DNA of 64,000 nucleotides from an uncultured delta proteobacterium (GTDB lineage Bacteria > Myxococcota_A > UBA9160 > SZUA-336), in NCBI GenBank assembly GCA_963704165.1, contig CAVPHD010000004.1:224001-288000 (forward strand), read 5' to 3'. A program made the translations under genes and the position numbers. Shown piece by piece: positions 56,803-64,000 of the stretch; within the stretch, counting starts at the first letter, position 1; each line of letters opens with the position of its first letter. The notes beneath the pieces are model-generated. The model worked only from the letters and a program-made list of their open reading frames with translations, was not told the origin of the DNA and did not search any database.

Positions 56803-56846
56803 AAGAGCCCCTGGACGCCCATCTGGCCTCCAGGGGCTTTCTCTTT
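56803..56846 (+). terminator. Intrinsic terminator after the sigma gene
   Basis: AGCCCCTGGA/TCCAGGGGCT stem plus TTCTCTTT. Confidence 0.75.
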
Positions 56847-57036
56847 GGCGAGATTGGCCGCTCGAGTGGGAAAAAGGCGCCACATTCCCACAGAGGGCAC
56901 CACCTATATGCAGGGAAGAGCCTCTCGTGGAGTGGGGTTCCAGCCCCAAAAAAGGCTTGGATTCCAGTCTTGGGTATGAGAGGGTTCGAAAGCGCTCGTG
57001 GCGCCGAGGGAGTTTATGAGTTCAAAGGGAGGGGAA

Positions 57037-60000
57037 ATGGTCGCTCTACGACTTTTCGCGCTGATCCTACTGACGGGGTCTTTGGCCCTGTCTGCGCGTG
57101 CGGACTTGTTTCCGTACGAGAACGTGGGAACTGGCGGAGACAACAATACGATCGATTCGAATGCGCTCTCGTGTGATACCGGCGAAGGCTGTTACACGAC
57201 GACGGGTGCGCGCTGTTCAGACAACCCAAACCAGCTCTGCAACCTGCAGATCGTTCCCGCGGGACGCTGCACCTACGGCAGCCTGACCAGCGGCGTCGGT
57301 CCGGGCGGCACGAGCTGCGTGTTCCCGCACTGGGCGGGACGCTGCACCGGCAATACGAAGGTCGGCTGCTTGAGCAACGCTCAGTGCGCCGATGCCGGCG
57401 GTACCTGCGACCTCACGATCTCGGTGTTCGGTGAGCTCGCGGCCGGGTACGCCGGAGAGTGCAACTGCCAGGGCACGAACTCCGCAGGCGCCGACTTCGA
57501 GATCGCGGTCTGCGGCAGCGGCCTCTCGGTCTGCTCCGATGGCGATTCCGATCGCGACGTGGGTGGCTGGGGCACGGGGCTTGGCGTCGAGCTGAAGACC
57601 GGTGGTCCGGGCTCCCAGACGTTCGCGAACATGGGACCGGCCATTACCGGCGAAGCGACACCGAAGAGCACCCCGCCCTTCGCGATCGAGAACCCGCCGA
57701 CCAACTTCGACCCGCAGCGCGATGCCGGTAGCATCGCCCGCACGCCGGCGCAGGGTACGGGACCGATTCACCCGGTCCGCACTACCGACGCGCGCGAGCT
57801 CGGTCCGTACGTCCATCCGACGATCGGCACCTCCGTCGACGTCCGGAAGATGAAGTCGCACGGAGACTCCTACTGGAGCGACACGGGGTTCGCCTCCGCG
57901 GCGGTCACCGGTACGTACAACACGCACATCGTGACCTACCCGTGCGATCCGCCCGTCGGTTGGACGCCCGGTGCAGTGGTCAGCGGCGGTTTGTACTGCC
58001 ACCAGGTTGCGATCAGCGGCATGAGCTTCCTCTGGGGTTCGGATCTCACCCCGGCTCAGGTCACGGCGTACACGTCGGGTGGGCAGCGCGTCTGCCCGCC
58101 GAACTGCAACAAGGACTTCAATCTCTCGACGATGGAGCTCCAGGCCTTCGTCGATGCCGGTGCCGCCGATCCGAACGCGGGCATCCAGCTCGCGATCCAG
58201 AGCGGCGAGGAAGCGGCCGGTCGTCAGGCGGGAACGCGTGACGTCATCGGCGTTGCCGCGATCACCTCCCTCACTTGGCTGATCGACACCGACATCCGCT
58301 GCAAGATGGGCGGTTGGGGCAACGCACCCGGCGTCGTCGGGCGCTGCAACAACGGTCCGCGCGTCTGCACGCCGGGCACCGCGGGCGACGCGGCTTGTGC
58401 GGTCGCTCCGAGCAACGGCTCGAGCTGCCGACCCTGTGTCGGTCCCTTTGATGCAGGCACCAACCCGCTCGGTCTCCCGATCGGCTACAACACCCATGGC
58501 CGCGCCGAGCTCGATCTCGTCGCCGGCAAGCGCATCGGCAGCATCCCCGGCCCGACGGCCGGGGTGCGGGTCCCGCTCTTCGTCGTCGGCACGACCGGCA
58601 ACGCGGCGGCGGACTTCCGCGATATCGCAGGCCAGGGCGCGCCAGATGTCGATCTCTCGGACCTCGGTCCGGTCGATCCGGGTGGTGCGGCGTTCGCCAG
58701 CGGCGTCGGTACGGGTGGGTCGTTCCCGAACGGAACGCCTCTGAACATCGCCGAGCCCTGCTGCCTGAGTGCCGGCGCCATCGCGTGGTCGGCTGAGGCA
58801 GGCGGCGAGGTCGTCCCCGGATCCGAGGACGGCTTCAGCTATCGCTACGACGCCGGCGGCGGAGACGTGCACCTCAGCGATTGGGCGCTCGTCTACGACA
58901 AGGGTCCCGGTCCGGACGGTATTCCGGGCTGCATCGGCGACAACGTCAACGTGCTGAACGGAAGCGCGGCCTGTAATTCGCGCCTCGGCAAGACGCCGGA
59001 TGGTGCGAAGACCAACGGCTACTACGCCACGGGTCAGGACGACCGCGCGCTTCGCCACACCGTTGGTGCGGCACTGCTCCCGGCCGTGTCGTCCCGGTTC
59101 CAGTACCGCGACGCCTCTCCGGCGGTCATGACGTACTTCGGGACGGCGCAGAATCCGCCGACCATCAACACGGCCGCGGCGTTCACCCTGCGTGACGTCG
59201 CCGTCTTCGTGCCGCGCAGTGCGGACATCCTGGTGAAGACCAACACGACGGCGTGCCCGCTGACGAGCAGCGGTCCGGTCTGCACCCCGGCGGGGGATCC
59301 GTGCGCCGGCCTCGGTGGTGACACCGACGGCGACGGGGTCTGCAACGACAACGACAACTGTCCGTCGATTGCGAACGCGGGCCAGACGAATGGCGACGGC
59401 GACACGCTCGGTGACGCCTGCGACAACTGCCCGACGGTGACCAACGAGGCGCAGACCGACGGCGACGTCGATACGGTCGGCGACGCCTGCGACAACTGCC
59501 CGACGGTGGCGAACACCAACCAGGCAGACGGAGCGGCGGGTCTCGAGATTCCGCCGGACGGCGTTGGCGATGCGTGCGACAACTGCACCCGGGTCAACAA
59601 CCCGCGCGTGGCCTCGAACTTCCTCTCGACCAACCAGTGGGCGACGCTCACCGGCGGCCAGAGGGACGACGACCACGACGGCTACGGCAACAAGTGCGAC
59701 GCGGACTTCACCGCGGCGGGCTTGTTCGTCGGATCGGGCGATCTGGCGCAGTACCGCATCAGCAGCGGCAAGAACCGCACGGGTGACACCTGCGGTACGG
59801 TCGGCACGCAGCCCTGCGCTCGGTACGACCTGGATGAGGCCGGACTGTTCCTTGGCTCGGGCGATCTCGCCCTCTACAGGGGTCTCAGCGGCAAGCAGGC
59901 AGGTCCGCGCTGCGCCACGTACTGCACGGGAACGGGCTCGGCCACGCTCCCCTGCACGGCGGGTACGGCAGGATCCTGCACGCACGTTTTCAGTCCGTAG
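57037..60000 (+). CDS. Large secreted Cys-rich protein with thrombospondin type 3 repeats and a dockerin-like C-terminal module
   Basis: Signal peptide; DxDGDGVxDxxDNCP-type repeats; duplicated D-F/L-x-x-x-G-x-x-V/L-G-x-x-D-L motif. Confidence 0.85.
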   Translation: MVALRLFALILLTGSLALSARADLFPYENVGTGGDNNTIDSNALSCDTGEGCYTTTGARCSDNPNQLCNLQIVPAGRCTYGSLTSGVGPGGTSCVFPHWAGRCTGNTKVGCLSNAQCADAGGTCDLTISVFGELAAGYAGECNCQGTNSAGADFEIAVCGSGLSVCSDGDSDRDVGGWGTGLGVELKTGGPGSQTFANMGPAITGEATPKSTPPFAIENPPTNFDPQRDAGSIARTPAQGTGPIHPVRTTDARELGPYVHPTIGTSVDVRKMKSHGDSYWSDTGFASAAVTGTYNTHIVTYPCDPPVGWTPGAVVSGGLYCHQVAISGMSFLWGSDLTPAQVTAYTSGGQRVCPPNCNKDFNLSTMELQAFVDAGAADPNAGIQLAIQSGEEAAGRQAGTRDVIGVAAITSLTWLIDTDIRCKMGGWGNAPGVVGRCNNGPRVCTPGTAGDAACAVAPSNGSSCRPCVGPFDAGTNPLGLPIGYNTHGRAELDLVAGKRIGSIPGPTAGVRVPLFVVGTTGNAAADFRDIAGQGAPDVDLSDLGPVDPGGAAFASGVGTGGSFPNGTPLNIAEPCCLSAGAIAWSAEAGGEVVPGSEDGFSYRYDAGGGDVHLSDWALVYDKGPGPDGIPGCIGDNVNVLNGSAACNSRLGKTPDGAKTNGYYATGQDDRALRHTVGAALLPAVSSRFQYRDASPAVMTYFGTAQNPPTINTAAAFTLRDVAVFVPRSADILVKTNTTACPLTSSGPVCTPAGDPCAGLGGDTDGDGVCNDNDNCPSIANAGQTNGDGDTLGDACDNCPTVTNEAQTDGDVDTVGDACDNCPTVANTNQADGAAGLEIPPDGVGDACDNCTRVNNPRVASNFLSTNQWATLTGGQRDDDHDGYGNKCDADFTAAGLFVGSGDLAQYRISSGKNRTGDTCGTVGTQPCARYDLDEAGLFLGSGDLALYRGLSGKQAGPRCATYCTGTGSATLPCTAGTAGSCTHVFSP
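59566..59991 (+). repeat. Copy 1 of a shared C-terminal module (copy 2 at 61511-61933)
   Basis: Manual alignment: 121/142 identical residues. Confidence 0.95.
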
Positions 60001-60010
60001 GGCAATGGTT

Positions 60011-60066
60011 CTCCTGGGTCAGATTTCCAGCGGGAAATCGGTGGAAATCTGACCCAGGAGGTTTTT
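60011..60066 (+). terminator. Long hairpin terminator
   Basis: Perfect 19-bp IR CTCCTGGGTCAGATTTCCA/TGGAAATCTGACCCAGGAG plus GTTTTT. Confidence 0.8.
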
Positions 60067-60171
60067 CGATGTGGTAGGCTGCGCTTCAAGGTGCAGCGCA
60101 GGGGCTCGAAGCAGATGTCGCATCGACGGTTTCTGGCAGAGTCCAAATTCACTGGAGGGAAGGAACTAGGT

Positions 60172-60708
60172 ATGAGAAAGCTAATGGCAGTGGTCGCGGT
60201 CGCGGCCGGATTGATGCTCGGTTCGGTTGCGAACGCAGCCCAGATCGACATCTTTCTGACCCAGACCAGCGCGACCGATTGGGATCTGACGGTCGACAAC
60301 AACGGCGGCGTGGACCTCGGCGCGGTCAACGTGTGGGTGTCGAACAACCTGACCGCGATGACCCTGAATCCGCTCAACGCGGGGATCAGCATCGGCGACA
60401 GCTCGTTCAACTACGACGCGTTTCCGCCCGACAGCTTCGTGATCATCAGCAACGCCAGCGCGGCGGGCACGATCGCGGCGGCGGGTGCGCAGGACGTCCT
60501 GTTGGCGTCGTTCACGGGCACCGGCGGTCCGGTCGTGTTCCAGGACAGCACGTTCGTTGGATCGGACACCGCGTTCGACAACAACCTGGTGGCGATCGGC
60601 GATTACTCGCTCACGGTGGTCCCGACCCCGCCCGTGCCGGAACCGGCGTCGATGGTTCTGCTCGGCCTCGGTCTCGCGGCGTTCGGTCTGGTTCGCCGCT
60701 CGGCCTGA
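60172..60708 (+). CDS. PEP-CTERM protein with a possible cohesin-like beta-sandwich
   Basis: Signal peptide; about 125-aa beta-rich domain; VPEPASMVLLGLGLAAFGLVRRSA. Confidence 0.88.
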   Translation: MRKLMAVVAVAAGLMLGSVANAAQIDIFLTQTSATDWDLTVDNNGGVDLGAVNVWVSNNLTAMTLNPLNAGISIGDSSFNYDAFPPDSFVIISNASAAGTIAAAGAQDVLLASFTGTGGPVVFQDSTFVGSDTAFDNNLVAIGDYSLTVVPTPPVPEPASMVLLGLGLAAFGLVRRSA

Positions 60709-60742
60709 TTCTCTGTCTCTGAGATCGCCCGGTGATCTCGAA

Positions 60743-60782
60743 AGGGGCGGTGTCGCGAAAGCGGCACCGCCCCTCTGATTTC
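60743..60782 (+). terminator. GC hairpin terminator
   Basis: AGGGGCGGTGTCGC-GAAA-GCGGCACCGCCCCT. Confidence 0.7.
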
Positions 60783-60877
60783 TGCGACGCTGCACCGCGC
60801 GTCTTGACCTTGCCCCCGGTGCGTGTTCAGATCGAAGCGGTCGTCGATGAACGACTCGCACACAGGAAGGGAACGCC

Positions 60878-61936
60878 ATGCTCCGCAGCTCGTTCATTCT
60901 GATCTCCGCGACGTTCGCGCTCTCGCTTGCGGGATCCTCGAGCGCCGCGGTCACGGTCTTCCAGGATCCGAGCTGCACGCTGCCGTGCACGGCGGGAACT
61001 CCCGGCGCGCCGCCGGCGGCGGTGGTCGTTGGCGGGCCGTCGGTCGCGCTGAACCTCTTCTACCAGGGAGGCTCGGTCGCCTCGACCGGCAATCCGTGCC
61101 TGTCCGGCAACGGCGAGGAGACCTGCGGCTGGGACATCCACGTCTCGACGAGCGGCCCCGGCGTCGTCTTGCAGAGCTTCACGCCCGACACGAACCCGGG
61201 CTCCGACATCGTCGCCGCGATCACGGGGAACGTCCTGCGTGCGAACGGCGGCCTGCCGACGACGGGTGAGCTCGGAATCCGCCGGATCGGCACGCTCGTC
61301 GTCGGCGCGACCGCGCCGGGCTCGGTGACCGTCTCCGGAAACCTGTACGTGACGGCCAGTCTTCAAGCCGCGCCGGTGACGAGCGGAAACACGCTCGCGG
61401 TCGCCGCGGCCGGCGGACCCGACACGGACGGCGACGGCGTCGACGACGCGAGCGACAACTGCCCGACGGTCGCGAACCCGACCCAGCTCGACCTGGACGG
61501 CGATCTGGTCGGCGACCTCTGCGACAACTGCGTCGAAGACTCGAACCCGCGCGTGGCCGGGGACTTCCTCTCGACCAACCCGTGGGCGACGCTGACCGGT
61601 GGCCAGAGGGATGACGACCACGACGGCTACGGGAACCGCTGCGACGCGGACTTCACCGCGACGGGCTTGTTCGTCGGCTCTGCGGATCTGGCCCAGTTCC
61701 GCGTCAGCAGCGGCAAGAACCGCACCGGCGACACCTGCGGCACGGCCGGCACGCAGCCCTGCGCGCGCTACGACCTCGACGAGTCGGGGCTCTTCCTCGG
61801 CTCGGGCGATCTCGCCGTCTACCGGGGGCTGAGCGGAAAGCAGGCGGGGCCCCGGTGCGCGGCCTGCACCGGAACCGGATCCGTCCCGCTCCCCTGCACG
61901 GCGGGCACGGCGGGATCCTGCACGCACACTTTCTAG
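60878..61936 (+). CDS. Secreted protein: beta-sandwich domain plus TSP3 repeats plus dockerin-like module
   Basis: Signal peptide; [16 protein letters not shown]-terminal module shared with 57037-60000. Confidence 0.85.
   Translation: MLRSSFILISATFALSLAGSSSAAVTVFQDPSCTLPCTAGTPGAPPAAVVVGGPSVALNLFYQGGSVASTGNPCLSGNGEETCGWDIHVSTSGPGVVLQSFTPDTNPGSDIVAAITGNVLRANGGLPTTGELGIRRIGTLVVGATAPGSVTVSGNLYVTASLQAAPVTSGNTLAVAAAGGPDTDGDGVDDASDNCPTVANPTQLDLDGDLVGDLCDNCVEDSNPRVAGDFLSTNPWATLTGGQRDDDHDGYGNRCDADFTATGLFVGSADLAQFRVSSGKNRTGDTCGTAGTQPCARYDLDESGLFLGSGDLAVYRGLSGKQAGPRCAACTGTGSVPLPCTAGTAGSCTHTF
61511..61933 (+). repeat. Copy 2 of the shared C-terminal module
   Basis: Aligns with 59566-59991 at both protein and DNA level. 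Confidence 0.95.
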
Positions 61937-63402
61937 CGCCGCGCGGAGAGCTCGAACTGGCTGATCTTCCCCTGGGCCTCGAGCTCCTTCATCCGCTCGT
62001 TGAACCAGAGCCCGATGGTGAGCCCGCGCTCGCGCTGTAGCAGGCGATCGCGCGTCCCCGCGAACTCCTGCTCGATCCGCGCGGGATCGGGCTCTTCTCG
62101 GGCGAGCAGCGAGACGACGTAGAGGTTCTCGCCGTCGCTGAAGACGCGATTCGCGCTCGGCCGGACCTGCGTGAGCGCGAATGCCTCCTGCTTCAGGTCC
62201 GCGACCCCGGAGAGCCCGGGCACGCTCGGGTCGCGGATGCCGAATGGGGCCGTGACGCCGACGGGAAGCCCGAGGCCGTCCGCCGCGGCCACGAACGGCT
62301 TGCCCTCGGCCAGCTCGACGATCAGCGTGTTCGCGGCGGCCCGGGCGGCGTCGGCGGCCCGATCGTCGCGCAGGATGTCGATCGCCAGAAGCTCCGCGAC
62401 CTCCTCGAAGGGGGTCTGGCTGCCGGCGTCGTGGCTCTCGACCCAGATCAGGTGCACGCCGCGCTCGGTCCTCACGGGGCCGCTGGGCTTGCCGGGCTCG
62501 AGCGCGAACGCGGTCTCGTCGAACGCCGCCATCATGCGGCCGCGCGGAAAGCTGCCGAGGTCGCCGCCGTCCTCGCGTGTCGCGGCGTCGGCCGAGAGCT
62601 CCCGGGCGAGGTCCGCGAAGCTCTCTCCCGCCTCGAGCCGGCCTCGCGCCGTGATCGCGTGCGCCTCGGCATCCTCCCCCGTGAAGAGAATGTGGCGCGC
62701 GTGCACCTGCTCCGGTTTCGAGAAGTCGGCGATGCGCAGCTGGTAGGCACCGCGAACACGATCGGGGTCGTTCGCGACGAGCGCCTTCGCGTCGTCGGGT
62801 GTGATGACGACCCGCTCGCGAAACGCGCTCTTGCTCGCGGTCGCGTAGCGAAGGCTGATCCGCGTCTCGGCCCGCAGGATCTCGTCGCGCACCGCAGCGT
62901 CGGAAATCAGCACCGGCGAGGCGACCAGGCGCGAGAAGTTGCGCAGCAACAGGTCGCGCCGGTGCTGTGCGGCGTACTCGCGCGGCCCGAGTCCGGTGCG
63001 CGAGATCTGCCGTTCGGCCAGCTCTCGATCGAACTTCCCGTCGCGGAGCAGGCCGGGCGTGCTCTGGAAGTCGGCCTTGAGTGACTCGTCCGAGACGCCG
63101 AGCCCGAGTGACTCGGCTTCCTGCGACAACACGTAGCGGCGCACGAGGGATTGGCGCGTCTGCTGGTCGATCATCGCCGAGAGCTGATCCGCGTCGATGC
63201 CCTGCTGGCTGAACTCGCGGAAGGCCTGCTCGTTCTGCTCGCGGAAGAACTCGAAGACGTCGCGCGGGATCGACTGGCCGTTCACCTGCGCGACGGGTGC
63301 GGTCGAAGGATCGGAGCCCTCCGGCTGGCCGAAGAAGAACGCGAACACGACGAGCACGCCGATGATCGCCAGGTTGCGCAGCCAGATTCCGATCCGCCCC
63401 AT
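61933..63402 (-). CDS. PpiD/SurA-like periplasmic chaperone with parvulin domain
   Basis: N-terminal [42 protein letters not shown]. Confidence 0.88.
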   Translation of the reverse strand: MGRIGIWLRNLAIIGVLVVFAFFFGQPEGSDPSTAPVAQVNGQSIPRDVFEFFREQNEQAFREFSQQGIDADQLSAMIDQQTRQSLVRRYVLSQEAESLGLGVSDESLKADFQSTPGLLRDGKFDRELAERQISRTGLGPREYAAQHRRDLLLRNFSRLVASPVLISDAAVRDEILRAETRISLRYATASKSAFRERVVITPDDAKALVANDPDRVRGAYQLRIADFSKPEQVHARHILFTGEDAEAHAITARGRLEAGESFADLARELSADAATREDGGDLGSFPRGRMMAAFDETAFALEPGKPSGPVRTERGVHLIWVESHDAGSQTPFEEVAELLAIDILRDDRAADAARAAANTLIVELAEGKPFVAAADGLGLPVGVTAPFGIRDPSVPGLSGVADLKQEAFALTQVRPSANRVFSDGENLYVVSLLAREEPDPARIEQEFAGTRDRLLQRERGLTIGLWFNERMKELEAQGKISQFELSARR

Positions 63403-63491
63403 CTCGATCTCCCCTCCGAAGTCGCGGCAAGCTGCCGTTTTCCGAGCTTTGCACAAGGCTCGTGCTTGCGCCGAATCGGCATCGCTCGTAG

Positions 63492-64000
<509 letters not shown>

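Noticed and set aside
56790..56846. GGGACGCAA, suggestive of a c-di-GMP-I riboswitch
   Set aside because: No GGCAAA/GAAA P2 stem; the region is explained by a terminator

Overview
A GC-rich bacterial window, most likely Myxococcota-like (Dif-type chemosensory cluster, hemW-hrcA-grpE-dnaK-dnaJ, PEP-CTERM proteins). 0-18 kb is an accessory nitrogen-oxide/copper region: the end of a nirF-like gene, a fused siroheme decarboxylase, nirK, SCO, hemerythrins, DUF2249, a Csp-type copper storage protein and a Crp/Fnr regulator with a repeated TATGAC-N4-GTCATA box. It is interrupted by a flavin-monooxygenase/VOC/TetR catabolic cluster and two tandem WD40 genes behind a sigma54 promoter. 18-24 kb holds an amidase, a PEP-CTERM protein, an acyltransferase, a SAM-I/IV riboswitch in front of an unknown gene, and a decayed tRNA-Phe islet carrying an L/F-transferase-like gene and a 178-bp IS3-derived MITE. 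24-57 kb is mostly housekeeping (ggt, M16 peptidase, heat-shock operon, lon, thiL, dif, larBC, groESL with CIRCE, lexA, PTPS-folE, a sigma70) and includes a stand-alone HMf-like (archaeal-type) histone gene. 57-62 kb holds two secreted TSP3 proteins that share a dockerin-like C-terminal module and flank a cohesin-like PEP-CTERM protein; ppiD and the start of mreB follow. Many single-base frameshifts, even in mreB, look like sequencing errors; the A9 run in cheA may be programmed. Top candidates: the histone, the cohesin/dockerin-like surface system, the riboswitch-controlled unknown gene and the cheA slippage site. All calls come from reading the sequence by eye; no searches were run.
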